DNA of 42,390 bases from contig RZYZ01000001.1 in NCBI GenBank assembly GCA_009930125.1, forward strand, positions 1 to 42,390. The letters run 5' to 3'. The notes under the pieces were generated by a model. The model was not told where the DNA came from. It made no database searches and saw nothing but the letters and a program-made list of their open reading frames with translations. Position 1 is the stretch's first letter. Each line of letters begins with the position of its first letter. A program made the position numbers and the translations under genes. Shown in pieces: positions 7,639-17,386 of this stretch. The stretch is from Clostridia bacterium. GTDB lineage: Bacteria; Bacillota; Clostridia; Clostridiales; Clostridiaceae.

Positions 7639-8631
7639 TTAATCTTCCTTCTGCTGTGGAGTAGGCTGCTTTCCGCTCTGAGAAATGGATTCTCTCATGT
7701 TGGTGTCTGCCATCACGTTTTTCATGTTGTAATAGTCGAATGCACCGATATTTCCTTTTCTGAATGCTTCGGACAGTGCCTTTGGTACTTCAGCTTCAGC
7801 TTCAACAACCTTGGCACGCATGGCCTGTACTTCTGCTCGCATTTCCTGTTCCTGAGCAACCGCCATGGCACGTCTTTCTTCAGCTTTTGCCTGAGCAATC
7901 TTCTTATCTGCCTGAGCCTGATCTTCCTGAAGTTTAGCACCGATATTTCTACCGATGTCCACATCAGCGATATCTATGGACAGGATTTCGAATGCGGTAC
8001 CTGAATCCAGACCCTTCTTCAGAACTGTGGAAGAAATCGTATCCGGATTTTCAAGAACGGATTTGTGATCTTCTGCAGAACCGACTGTTGTTACAATACC
8101 TTCACCGACTCTGGCGATGATGGTTTCCTGTCCTGCACCACCGACCAGTCTGTCCAGGTTTGCACGTACAGTTACTCTTGCTTTTACTTTAACTTCAATA
8201 CCATTCTTAGCTACTGCAGCGATGAATGGAGTTTCTATCACAATGGGGTTAACGGACATTTTAACAGCTTCCAGAACGTCTCTACCAGCGAGGTCGATTG
8301 CTGCTGCTCTTTCGAACTGCAGTGGAATCTGAGCTCTTTCTGCAGCGATAAGGGCATTGACAACTCTGTCGACATTACCACCTGCAAGATAGTGCGCTTC
8401 AAGCTTATTTCCGTTCAGTTCCAGTCCTGCTTTGTCACCCTTGATCCAGGGATTGACGATTCTGCTTGGTACGACTCTTCTAAGTCTCATACCGATCAGA
8501 TTGAAGAATCCGACTTTAACACCTGCTGCTAGAGCGCTGATCCATAATCCTACTGGGATAATGGTGAAAAGTAGAATAAGTAGAACAATGATTATCACGA
8601 ATAGAATAAGTGATCCATAAATTTCTGGCAT
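7639..8631 (-). CDS. floA: Flotillin-like protein FloA (YqfA, UPF0365)
   Basis: Motifs [60 protein letters not shown]. Confidence 0.95.
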   Translation of the reverse strand: MPEIYGSLILFVIIIVLLILLFTIIPVGLWISALAAGVKVGFFNLIGMRLRRVVPSRIVNPWIKGDKAGLELNGNKLEAHYLAGGNVDRVVNALIAAERAQIPLQFERAAAIDLAGRDVLEAVKMSVNPIVIETPFIAAVAKNGIEVKVKARVTVRANLDRLVGGAGQETIIARVGEGIVTTVGSAEDHKSVLENPDTISSTVLKKGLDSGTAFEILSIDIADVDIGRNIGAKLQEDQAQADKKIAQAKAEERRAMAVAQEQEMRAEVQAMRAKVVEAEAEVPKALSEAFRKGNIGAFDYYNMKNVMADTNMRESISQSGKQPTPQQKED

Positions 8632-8634
8632 TTA

Positions 8635-8907
8635 CTACAACTCCTTTTGATTTTCTTTTACGATGACTCTCATACCTTCGACACTGGTGACAAGTATTTC
8701 AGTACCAGCTTCGATGAATTCCCCTAAAGTGACCACGTCCACTAATTCGCCATCGAAAATAGCGGTACCTGATGGTCTTAAGGTTGTTTTAGCAATTCCT
8801 GTTTTGCCGATGTACTCTTTTAATCCGGGTTTCGCGGCTGTGTAGCCGCGTTCCGGTGTCTCGCCCATGCTTAGTACCAATTTCTTGAAAAAGTTTTTAA
8901 TCGGCAC
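8635..8907 (-). CDS. Stand-alone NfeD C-terminal OB-fold protein with no TM segment
   Basis: GTG start with AAAGGAG RBS, overlapping the nfeD stop. GIAKTTLRPSGTA...VEGMRVIVK; 57/78 identical to the C-terminus of the upstream NfeD (hand alignment). Confidence 0.8.
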   Translation of the reverse strand: MPIKNFFKKLVLSMGETPERGYTAAKPGLKEYIGKTGIAKTTLRPSGTAIFDGELVDVVTLGEFIEAGTEILVTSVEGMRVIVKENQKEL

Positions 8908-10204
8908 CTACGTCAACTCCTTTAGTTTGTTTTACGATGACTCTCATTCCTTCAACGTTTGTGACTACGATTGGTGTGCCTTCTTCGATATATTCACCTG
9001 AAGTGACCACATCGACAAAAGCATCATCAAATTCAGCCGTTCCGGAAGGTCTGAGAGTGGTTTTGGCGATTCCTTGCATTCCTATGAGGGAAACAAGACC
9101 CTGCTTCGCTGCCACATAACCTTTTTCAGGAGTTTCCTCCATATCCAGCACAAGACGTTTAAAGACCTTTCTGCCTGGAGTGAACCGGAACACGATGAAG
9201 ATCAGGACCGCCGCGCCGATGATTGCAATGACCAGGGACTGTACCGCCGTTGAAGGATCCGGTGTCGATAGGAATATGCTACCGAATAGCGCTGCAAGTC
9301 CAAGAACACCTGCAATACCAAATCCCGGAATGATGAATACTTCTACCAGCAGTAATGCGAGTCCGATGATGAACAGCAGTGCTGCTTCCCATCCTGAAAT
9401 TCCTGCGAGGATACCTCCTCCAAAATACAGACCCAATGCGGCTATTCCTATACCGCCTGGTATTCCGAATCCTGGAGTGAACAGCTCAATGAGTATACCT
9501 GCAATACCAATCATCAATAGAATGGTACTCACTGCTGCGGTTGTCAGAAAATCCGTCACATAATTGATGGTGGTTTTTCCTGTAGACCCGATGATATTCA
9601 GATTCTTATCTGCTCTCAGATCGAGATCGCTACGATAAACGCCATCTGTCATCTCATATTTCAACGCTTCTTCCGCGGTCAGTGTCAGAAGTTTTCCCTC
9701 TTCCACCAGGCCTTCAATGACGATGGTATCATCCGCCATTGCTCTTGCAATGAGTGGGTCTCTTCCATTCTTTTCCGCCTGAGAAGCGAGTTCTGCTGAC
9801 CATACAGAAACTGTTTTTTCATCGGCTCTTTCACCACCAATCTGGGGTTCTGCTCCACCGATGGTTGAACCTGCAGTCATGTACATCTCACTTCCGCTGA
9901 GCGCCATGAGAGCACCTGCTGAAATCGCTCCGCCATCCACCAGAACAATGGTATCCATGGATGAAATGGTTTTGGACATTTCCAGTGCCGAGTCAACTCT
10001 TCCACCTAGTGTGTCCAGTATGAGATATACCGCATCCGCCTGATTTTCTTCAGCTTCCTGATAGGCATTCGCAAGCCAGCGGGACTGGCTGGGAGATACT
10101 TCACCGTTAAAGCGAATTTCCCATACATCCATAGCCATAACTGTGGTCAGAAACATGGAAAACATCAGAACAGTCATGATCATGGTTTTCAAGACTCGTT
10201 TCAT
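8897..10204 (-). CDS. nfeD: Long-form NfeD family protein (YqeZ-like; ClpP-class protease domain, TM region, OB fold)
   Basis: Signal peptide, LDTLGG, AISAGAL, IGGAEP, LLTLTA, ELFTPGFGIPG and C-terminal TLRPSG. RBS AAAGGAGG. Confidence 0.9.
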   Translation of the reverse strand: MKRVLKTMIMTVLMFSMFLTTVMAMDVWEIRFNGEVSPSQSRWLANAYQEAEENQADAVYLILDTLGGRVDSALEMSKTISSMDTIVLVDGGAISAGALMALSGSEMYMTAGSTIGGAEPQIGGERADEKTVSVWSAELASQAEKNGRDPLIARAMADDTIVIEGLVEEGKLLTLTAEEALKYEMTDGVYRSDLDLRADKNLNIIGSTGKTTINYVTDFLTTAAVSTILLMIGIAGILIELFTPGFGIPGGIGIAALGLYFGGGILAGISGWEAALLFIIGLALLLVEVFIIPGFGIAGVLGLAALFGSIFLSTPDPSTAVQSLVIAIIGAAVLIFIVFRFTPGRKVFKRLVLDMEETPEKGYVAAKQGLVSLIGMQGIAKTTLRPSGTAEFDDAFVDVVTSGEYIEEGTPIVVTNVEGMRVIVKQTKGVDVGAD

Positions 10205-10446
10205 ACGACTCCCTCCTTTCAGAGATTAGACAGAAGGTCTTCACTAAACTGGTACTATTCTATACGGTTAGATTTGACCACATGTCTTAAATATATCATA
10301 TCACTAATGCACTGGTGTTTCTATCTTTTTTGGCGAATATGACAGTTAGTTGTACCTTTATTTCAGGGAGTTTAAGCGATTTCATCGCGGGAATTGTTAA
10401 AAGCATAACATAGCACTTATGTGTAACAAACGGGTTTCATTCCAAG

Positions 10447-10473
10447 AAAAAAAACCGGATATATATATCCGGT
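10447..10473 (-). terminator. Intrinsic terminator
   Basis: Palindrome ACCGGATATATATATCCGGT followed by a T-run on the minus strand. Confidence 0.75.
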
Positions 10474-10478
10474 CAGAT

Positions 10479-11081
10479 TCAGAACAACTGATGATACCAG
10501 GAAGAAGCATCCTGCACTTCTTCCTGAGTCAGTGAATGTCCTCTCTTGTAGGTGTGGAGGGATACATCTGCACCCAATTCTCTTAATGTCTTTTCCAGAG
10601 CAAGCGTATTGTCAAAGGGTACGATGGGATCATTTTCTCCAGCCCCTATGAAGATGCTGGTTTCCGTAAGCTTAACAGATGGTGTTTCCTTCAGTGGTAC
10701 CATGGGATGAAATAGAATGGATCTGGTGAAAACAGAACCGTAGAGATAATGGACCGCTGCGATGATATTGGCTCCGTTGGAGTAACCCAAACCTGCAAGT
10801 GCATTCAAGCTGAAACCGTACTCTTCTGCTGCGGTTTCCAGAAACTCTCTTATTTCCCGGGCTCTGTGTCTTATATCTTCTTCGTCGAAGACGCCCTCCT
10901 GGATTCTTCGGAAGAAGCGGTTCATGCCATTCTCATTCACATTTCCACGCAAGGATAGAATGTTTGCTTCAGAATCAATCATCTGTGCTAAGGGAATCAG
11001 ATCATTCTCATTCCCCCCTGTCCCGTGAAAAAGCACCAGAGTTCTCGTATTATCTGTACCTTTAATAAATCTATGCTTCAT
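10479..11081 (-). CDS. Alpha/beta hydrolase (MhqD/YodD-like carboxylesterase/phospholipase)
   Basis: Motifs LFHGTGGNE, RFFRR, GYSNGANI (nucleophile), GENDPI, GHSLT. Confidence 0.88.
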   Translation of the reverse strand: MKHRFIKGTDNTRTLVLFHGTGGNENDLIPLAQMIDSEANILSLRGNVNENGMNRFFRRIQEGVFDEEDIRHRAREIREFLETAAEEYGFSLNALAGLGYSNGANIIAAVHYLYGSVFTRSILFHPMVPLKETPSVKLTETSIFIGAGENDPIVPFDNTLALEKTLRELGADVSLHTYKRGHSLTQEEVQDASSWYHQLF

Positions 11082-11206
11082 GAAATCTCCTCTCTTCGAG
11101 ACGGTGTTGTGTGATCAGCCCACTCGTAACAGTGCACATCAATGAATCCTGACGTAGGTTGATTCGCCCGATCTCATGTGCTGACTTCTTGTCTCATTTT
11201 AGTTAG

Positions 11207-11235
11207 ATTCTATCTCATAAATCCAAAATGGTCAA
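11207..11235 (-). promoter_or_regulatory. SigA-type promoter of the hydrolase gene
   Basis: TTGACC-17-TAGAAT on the minus strand, giving a leader of about 120 nt. Confidence 0.6.
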
Positions 11236-11280
11236 ATTAAATAGCGTAAAATCAGTAGTAGTAATTCATTGATTTCCATA

Positions 11281-11310
11281 AAAAAAGAGATAATCTTTTC
11301 AGATTATCTC
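11281..11310 (-). terminator. Intrinsic terminator
   Basis: GAGATAATCT-TTTC-AGATTATCTC with a T-run on the minus strand. Confidence 0.7.
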
Positions 11311-12070
11311 ATAATTCCTTTCTATAAAGGATGATTCCAGACTCTGTACTCACAGCATAAACGAAGTCGAAGGTTTCCCCTTCTCCGACATCCAAAGTGA
11401 AGTAAAGATTGTAGACTTTCTTGTTGTTATAGACATCCACTTCATGCTTGATGATTTCCTTGGAAAGCTTAGATGCGAATTCCTCGGTACTTGCATTGGC
11501 TCTGAAGTAATTGATGATGATATCCTTTGCTTCATCTACAGAGATCTTGTCTACGGTACTCAGTACATCAGGATTTTCATACTTGAAGGAAATACTGATC
11601 AGTGTACCGTCACTGGCATACTGCATGTAGATGTTGTTTCCGGTGAAATATTCATCCTGTTTTTCACGGGATACGCTTTCATACTGCTTCATATTTTCAT
11701 GATAGGCTACAACGGTCTTGAACTTTTCCACGTCATAATCCAGACGTTTCAGGTTATCTTCCGCTTTCAGCTGGATTTCTTCTTTTGTAGCCAGATCAGG
11801 TGAAGTGTTGCTCGGAGTATTTCTCAGAAAAATGGTCATAAGGCGTCCTTCTGGGGTCACTTCATAATAGTATTTGGAATCTGTAAATTCTTTGATGGTC
11901 ATACCATCATAGGATTTCGTACGGACGAACTTTATATTTTCTTCTTTATCACTGGTATAGGTCAAGATTGGTGCCATCTGTGTCTTGATTTCTTCTTCGC
12001 TGGTACCGCAAGCAGTAAGGACCAGCATCCCTAAAACAAGCAGTATGCCAAGGATGATTTTTCTATGCAT
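11309..12070 (-). CDS. Hypothetical lipoprotein, possibly PepSY/YcdB-like
   Basis: Start MHRKIILG at 12070 after AAGGAGG. Lipobox LTAC. KISVDEAKDI and a C-terminal YAVSTESGII resemble PepSY. Confidence 0.65.
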   Translation of the reverse strand: MHRKIILGILLVLGMLVLTACGTSEEEIKTQMAPILTYTSDKEENIKFVRTKSYDGMTIKEFTDSKYYYEVTPEGRLMTIFLRNTPSNTSPDLATKEEIQLKAEDNLKRLDYDVEKFKTVVAYHENMKQYESVSREKQDEYFTGNNIYMQYASDGTLISISFKYENPDVLSTVDKISVDEAKDIIINYFRANASTEEFASKLSKEIIKHEVDVYNNKKVYNLYFTLDVGEGETFDFVYAVSTESGIILYRKEL

Positions 12071-12204
12071 GAGAATCCTCCTTCTTAATACCTTCAGATT
12101 ATATCTTATAATTATAAATGGAATATAAAGTTCCTGACTGAATTTCTTAAATAGTTTTAAGAAATCAGAAATATCAGCAGTACCAATCCATTCTATCATA
12201 TTCA

Positions 12205-12243
12205 AAAGACATTCTCGGATTCGATTTATCAGAGAATGTCTTT
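12205..12243. terminator. Intrinsic terminator
   Basis: Stem AAAGACATTCTC / GAGAATGTCTTT. Confidence 0.7.
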
Positions 12244-12255
12244 CACCATGCTATT

Positions 12256-12723
12256 CTAGAAAATGGTCTTCGCTGCAAAGAATCCTGGAATCAGCAGACA
12301 GATGATGGTAATCACTGTCGCGGACAAAACGGCTCCGATGAAATTACATAACAGCGATTTCTTGAAGTCCAGCCCCAAGAAGGCAGCTACAGCACTTCCC
12401 GTCCAGATTCCTGTAGTGGGAAGCGGAATCGCCACAAAAAGAATCAAGCCGATTTCCTTTCGTTTTTCCAGTTTGTCCGAATTCTTGGCGATCTTGTGAT
12501 CGATGAGATCCACAATCCTTTTGAAAAAGGGTTTGGACGCCATGAATTTGTAGATCTGCTTGAAGAGAAGCAGGATGAATGGTGATGGCACGAGACTTCC
12601 GAACAGTGCCAGAAGAAAGATGGTGAATGGTTCCATCTCATATACAAAGCCTAGAGGGATTGCTCCTCTCTGCTCAATGATGGGGATCATACTCAGTATG
12701 AATACTTGCAGTTGTTGACTCAT
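12256..12723 (-). CDS. Small multi-drug export family membrane protein (COG2426)
   Basis: Motifs SMIPIIEQRGAIP and FVAIPLPTTGIWTG. Confidence 0.85.
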   Translation of the reverse strand: MSQQLQVFILSMIPIIEQRGAIPLGFVYEMEPFTIFLLALFGSLVPSPFILLLFKQIYKFMASKPFFKRIVDLIDHKIAKNSDKLEKRKEIGLILFVAIPLPTTGIWTGSAVAAFLGLDFKKSLLCNFIGAVLSATVITIICLLIPGFFAAKTIF

Positions 12724-12782
12724 GTGTTACTCCTTGAAGACACGAGAGGTTCATGGCTTTTAAACCTCTCATGCTGTATTTT

Positions 12783-14213
12783 CTAGACTGTGATGTCTGA
12801 TTTTTGAAAGGCATCGCTTTCAAATAAGTGAATAAGCGGGTCAATTTCTTCCTTCATGAACTCTTCCACCTGCTGAGGAGCTCTGCCGATGTAATTTTCA
12901 GGGTTCAAAGTGGATTTCAGTTCCTCTTCGCTGAGTCCAAAACGCTCATCTCCGAGGATTCTGCTTATGAGATCGTTGTCGAGTCCTTCCAGTTTTACGC
13001 GCTTGGAAGCTTCCATGGAATGTTCTCTGATGAGTTCATGGAGTTCCTGTCTGTCTCCGCCTTTTCGGACCCCTTCCATGATGATGTTTTCCGTCGCCAT
13101 GAAAGGCAGTTCGCTTTCTAGATGCGCTGCGATCATTTTCTCGTAAACAACCATATTCTCGCTGATGTTGATGTAGAGGTTCAGAACGCCATCCAGAGCA
13201 AGAAATGCTTCTGCTACGGAGATTCTCTTGTTGGCGGAGTCATCCAGGGTTCTTTCAAACCACTGGGTGGAGGCGGTTATAGCCGGGTTCAGGGCATCTA
13301 CGATGATGTATCTGGACAATGCGCCCATTCTTTCGCTTCTCATGGGATTTCGTTTATAGGCCATGGCCGAGGAGCCGATCTGGCTCTTTTCAAAGGGTTC
13401 TTCGATCTCCTTCATGCTCTGAAGCAGTCTGAGATCATTGCTGAATTTATAAGCGCTCTGTGCGATTTCACTTAATGTATTCAGAATGAAGCTATCCAGT
13501 TTTCTGGGATAGGTCTGTCCGGTCACTTTGAAGGTTTTCGGGAAATTGAAATGCGCTGCAACCTTTTGGTCCAGCTCCTTCACTTTCATCTCATCTCCAT
13601 CAAAAAGACTCATGAAGCTGGCCTGGGTACCGGTAGTACCCTTGACGCCACGAAAACGCATGTTTTCGATGGTGTGATTGAGGTTTTCCAGGTCCAGTGC
13701 CAGGTCCTGCATCCATAGCGTTGCTCTTTTTCCCACCGTCGTGATCTGAGCAGGCTGATAATGGGTGTATCCCAGTGTAGGCACGTCCTTATATTGTAGC
13801 GCAAATACCTTAAGATTCTTTAAAACTTCTATGAGTTTTCTTCGTATCAGCTGAAGACCCTCTCGCATGATGATGAGGTCCGTGTTGTCTCCGACATAGC
13901 AGCTGGTCGCACCCAGATGGATGATTCCTTTTGCAGAGTCCGCCTGGAGTCCGTAGGCATAGACATGGCTCATGACGTCATGACGAACCACTTTTTCCCG
14001 TGCCTCGGCCTCTTCGTAGTTGATGTCATCCTTATAGAAGATCAGGTCATCAACCTGAGACTGGGTGATGGGAAGGCCCAGTTCCATTTCCGCTTTGGCC
14101 AGTGCGATCCATAATGCTCTCCAGGTTCTGAATTTCTTCTCGTCCGAAAAGATGTAACTCATCTCCTTTGAAGAATATCTTTTGTTTAAGGGGCTTTCGT
14201 AAGTATCTCTCAT
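12783..14213 (-). CDS. purB: Adenylosuccinate lyase
   Basis: Motifs RHDVMSH, IIHLGATS, GYTHYQPAQ, GSSAMAYKRNPMRSE, QWFERTLDDSA. Start MRDTY after AGGAGG. Confidence 0.96.
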   Translation of the reverse strand: MRDTYESPLNKRYSSKEMSYIFSDEKKFRTWRALWIALAKAEMELGLPITQSQVDDLIFYKDDINYEEAEAREKVVRHDVMSHVYAYGLQADSAKGIIHLGATSCYVGDNTDLIIMREGLQLIRRKLIEVLKNLKVFALQYKDVPTLGYTHYQPAQITTVGKRATLWMQDLALDLENLNHTIENMRFRGVKGTTGTQASFMSLFDGDEMKVKELDQKVAAHFNFPKTFKVTGQTYPRKLDSFILNTLSEIAQSAYKFSNDLRLLQSMKEIEEPFEKSQIGSSAMAYKRNPMRSERMGALSRYIIVDALNPAITASTQWFERTLDDSANKRISVAEAFLALDGVLNLYINISENMVVYEKMIAAHLESELPFMATENIIMEGVRKGGDRQELHELIREHSMEASKRVKLEGLDNDLISRILGDERFGLSEEELKSTLNPENYIGRAPQQVEEFMKEEIDPLIHLFESDAFQKSDITV

Positions 14214-14276
14214 ATTTTCCTCCTGATCTGTCCTCTTCTGCTTCAAACTGTTTTCGACTTCATAATCTGATCTGCA

Positions 14277-15182
14277 TCACTGCTTCTTTGGCACTGGTAT
14301 ATATTTCAGAGACTGATTCTGCACTTCCTGTATAATGCGGCCTGTCTCCAGAAGATATTCCACGTAGCACTGGAGCATTCTTTCCACCACCAGATACTTG
14401 AAGGTGGAATCAATCCGTATCCGCATGAAGAGAGCCACTTCCTGAAGGAGCTCCTCTTTTGTCATGGGTCCTGTTATGACGGAAAGAATCTCTTCCGCTC
14501 TGTTTCTGTAGAAATAGATGTTGTCCGTGATGAGGTCCTTCACATCCGGGTAGATGCCTTTATGCGCCAGAACATACTGGCTGGATTGAAGGCTGTACAG
14601 CTTCATCTTGCTTGCGATATCCTGGGTAAGGATATACGCATAGGGAAGTTTTGCGCTTTCCATGACCTCATAGCTGATGAGGGCATCCCCGATGTAGGTG
14701 ACATCGTCCGGTGTGGTGATGGTGATGTGCCCTGTGCTGTGGCCAGGGGTATGAAGTATCCGGAAGTCTCTGCCGCAGAACGTGATTTCGGTCTCATCGG
14801 ACTCAATCATCCGGTCTGTCTCTACCACCATATGTCCGAAGTGTTCCCGGGCATGATTCATGGCGTAATTGGCATAGAACTTCTTCAGAGACAGAACGGA
14901 ATCCACGATGCCTGCTTCTTCTCTGGTCATGGCTACAGGACACCCGTATTTTTCTCTGAAATAGGCTGCATTGCCCACGTGGTCGATATGAGCGTGAGAA
15001 CAGAGTATACCCGCCACGGTCAAGTGGTTCTCCTCGAAATAGGTGGTGAGTTTTTCTCTGTGGTTTCTCATGTATCCGGTATCCAGAAGGATGATGTTCT
15101 CTTCATCAATCTTGTAGTAAGGCAGATAAAGAAGGTCCAGGTCCAATGCGTAGGTATTTCCTTTGACATGTATGCTCTTCAT
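14277..15182 (-). CDS. MBL-fold metallo-hydrolase
   Basis: Motifs LLDTG, SHAHIDH, TPGHSTGH, GDA, AHKG. Confidence 0.88.
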   Translation of the reverse strand: MKSIHVKGNTYALDLDLLYLPYYKIDEENIILLDTGYMRNHREKLTTYFEENHLTVAGILCSHAHIDHVGNAAYFREKYGCPVAMTREEAGIVDSVLSLKKFYANYAMNHAREHFGHMVVETDRMIESDETEITFCGRDFRILHTPGHSTGHITITTPDDVTYIGDALISYEVMESAKLPYAYILTQDIASKMKLYSLQSSQYVLAHKGIYPDVKDLITDNIYFYRNRAEEILSVITGPMTKEELLQEVALFMRIRIDSTFKYLVVERMLQCYVEYLLETGRIIQEVQNQSLKYIPVPKKQ

Positions 15183-15312
15183 GTTCTATTCACCTCGATC
15201 TTCAGTAAAAATGCTGCACATGCAACAGTACAATTATACACCAAAACACATACATTAGAACAAAATTCGTCAAAAATGTTTGTGTTTTCGGTTTCATCCG
15301 GATGGAAAAAGA

Positions 15313-15339
15313 AAAACTAGGATTGAAACTCAATCCTAG
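15313..15339 (-). terminator. ptsH terminator
   Basis: CTAGGATTGA...TCAATCCTAG with a T-run on the minus strand. Confidence 0.7.
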
Positions 15340-15366
15340 CATGTTCTTCATCTACTTTCTTGAAAA

Positions 15367-15627
15367 TTACTCTTCAAGTGTTTCAATCAGCTTGGCAACT
15401 TCTTCACAGGCGACTTCTTCGTCTTCGCCGTTCGCGATTACTGTGATGGTTGCTCCCTTAGTAACTCCTAAGGATAAAACACCGATTAAACTCTTTACGT
15501 TTGCTTTCTTGCCGTTATACTCTACACTTACATCAGACTTGAAGGAAGATGCCTTCTTGACAAGTAATGTAGCAGGTCTAGCGTGCAGACCGGTTGGATT
15601 TTTTACTGCAACGTCTTTTGAAATCAT
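15367..15627 (-). CDS. ptsH: Phosphocarrier protein HPr
   Basis: GLHARPA (His15) and NVKSLIGVLSLG (Ser46); 86 aa. Confidence 0.96.
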   Translation of the reverse strand: MISKDVAVKNPTGLHARPATLLVKKASSFKSDVSVEYNGKKANVKSLIGVLSLGVTKGATITVIANGEDEEVACEEVAKLIETLEE

Positions 15628-15702
15628 TAAATCACCTCATATTCATATACTTTTAATAAACAACTTAATTATATCATGTTTTATTGCTAAAACAACTAAA
15701 TC

Positions 15703-16158
15703 CTAAAGAGAGATTTCTGCGAATTTTACAAATGCGCCTGACGCCTCATAATTGATGGACAGATCCTTTACCTTTTCCGGCGTGGTGATGATGATCGGTG
15801 TGGTGATTTTCGCATCCAGTTCCACGTAATCACGGTCCATGTATAAAAGCTTATCCCCCACTGTCACCTCATCGCCCACTTTGACATACGTGGCAAACCC
15901 TCTTCCCTGAAGCTTCGCTGTGTCGAGTCCCGCGTGAATGAGGATGGTCAGTTTTTCCTTGGTGCTGATGGCCACGGCATTGAGATTGTCGGAAACAAGA
16001 ACCACTTCGCCAGATACAGGAGCAAAGAAGATATCTCCATCTGGAATGATGCATACGCCCATACCACCCAGAAGATCATCTTTGAGATAATGGTTCGCCT
16101 CCTCCAGGGGGATGATTTCTCCAGCCACCGGCATGTAGAGTTCACATTTCATTTTCAT
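15703..16158 (-). CDS. Stand-alone PTS glucose-family EIIA protein (divergent)
   Basis: Motifs PVAGEIIPL, APVSGEV, ILIHAGLDT, GRGF..VKVGDEVTVGDKL, TPIIIT. Confidence 0.82.
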   Translation of the reverse strand: MKMKCELYMPVAGEIIPLEEANHYLKDDLLGGMGVCIIPDGDIFFAPVSGEVVLVSDNLNAVAISTKEKLTILIHAGLDTAKLQGRGFATYVKVGDEVTVGDKLLYMDRDYVELDAKITTPIIITTPEKVKDLSINYEASGAFVKFAEISL

Positions 16159-16169
16159 TTTCTACCCTC

Positions 16170-17363
16170 CTATGAAAGTTGAGACAGAAATTCTTCGATG
16201 CGGTCAAATCCCTTTCCGATAGATTCCTTGCTGATGGCATAGGATAGTCTCACAAACCCTTCCAGTCCGAATCCTGAACCAGGAACCAGCGCCACCATAT
16301 GGTCGCTGAGAAGACTGTCTGCAAAGTCCAGAGAGTTTTCCATGACTTTTCCCTTATAGGTTTTTCCCAGGTAGTTTCTGATGTCCACCATCAGATAGAA
16401 AGCACCCTTCGGATAGATGTATTTCAGTCCATCCAGCTTTTCGGCACGCTCAATCATGTAGTCTCTTCTGCTTTTGAACGCCTTGTTCATCTCTGGAATG
16501 AAGCTCTGATCGCCGATCAGCGCTTCTACAGCCGCATACTGCACAAAGGAGGTGGAGTTGGACGTTGTATGGCTCTGGATATTGGACATGATCTTTACGA
16601 GATCCTTGGGTCCTGCAGCATATCCGAGTCTCCAGCCCGTCATGGCATAGGCTTTGGACAGCGCATTGATCACCAGTGTTCTGTTATAGGTCTTCTCACT
16701 GAGCGCGGCGATGGAATAGTGCTTCTCCTCACCGTAGATCAGCGGCTCGTAGATTTCGTCGGAGATGATGAAGATGTCATGCTCTTCGCAGAAATCCGCA
16801 ATGGACTGCAGTTCTTCCCTGGAATAGATGGTGCCTGTAGGATTGTTCGGACTGTTCAGGATGATCACCTTCGTCTTGGACGTCAGGGAAGCCTGAAGAT
16901 TTTCCGGTGTGTATTTGTAGTCGTCTTCTTCCCTTGTGTCTACAATAACGGGAACGCCGTCTGCCAGATGGACCAGATCAGGATAGCTTACCCAGTAAGG
17001 CTTTGCGATGAGCACCTCATCTCCGGGATTAAGGAGTGCGCTGAGTCCGTTGGCCAGACACTGCTTGCCTCCAGTGGAGATGATCACCTGCTCTCTTGTG
17101 TAGTGAAGTCCATTGTCCCTGCTGAATTTAGCAATGACGGCATCCTTCAGCTCCACAAGGCCTGACGCTGGAAGATATTTGGTTTTTCCTTCATCCAGAG
17201 CTCTTTTGCAGGCTTCTATAATGTTAGGTGGCGTGTTGAAATCCGGTTCACCGGCTCCGAATCCGATGATGTCCTTCCCTTCGGCCTTCATCTGCTTCGC
17301 CTTGGCTGTGATGGCCAGTGTGATGGATGGTGCAAGTTTCGCTGCTTTTTCTGAAAAGTTCAT
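16170..17363 (-). CDS. aspB: Aspartate aminotransferase (class I/II PLP)
   Basis: Motifs GAGEPDFNTP, NSPNNPTG, SDEIY, SKAYAMTGWRLGY, VRLSYA. Confidence 0.9.
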   Translation of the reverse strand: MNFSEKAAKLAPSITLAITAKAKQMKAEGKDIIGFGAGEPDFNTPPNIIEACKRALDEGKTKYLPASGLVELKDAVIAKFSRDNGLHYTREQVIISTGGKQCLANGLSALLNPGDEVLIAKPYWVSYPDLVHLADGVPVIVDTREEDDYKYTPENLQASLTSKTKVIILNSPNNPTGTIYSREELQSIADFCEEHDIFIISDEIYEPLIYGEEKHYSIAALSEKTYNRTLVINALSKAYAMTGWRLGYAAGPKDLVKIMSNIQSHTTSNSTSFVQYAAVEALIGDQSFIPEMNKAFKSRRDYMIERAEKLDGLKYIYPKGAFYLMVDIRNYLGKTYKGKVMENSLDFADSLLSDHMVALVPGSGFGLEGFVRLSYAISKESIGKGFDRIEEFLSQLS

Positions 17364-17386
17364 GTTTTCCCCCTTGAATTGTGCTT

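Noticed and set aside
10255-10290. Possible SigW-like ECF promoter for nfeD-floA (CGTATA -10)
   Set aside because: The -35 position reads TAAGAC rather than TGAAAC; too weak to call.
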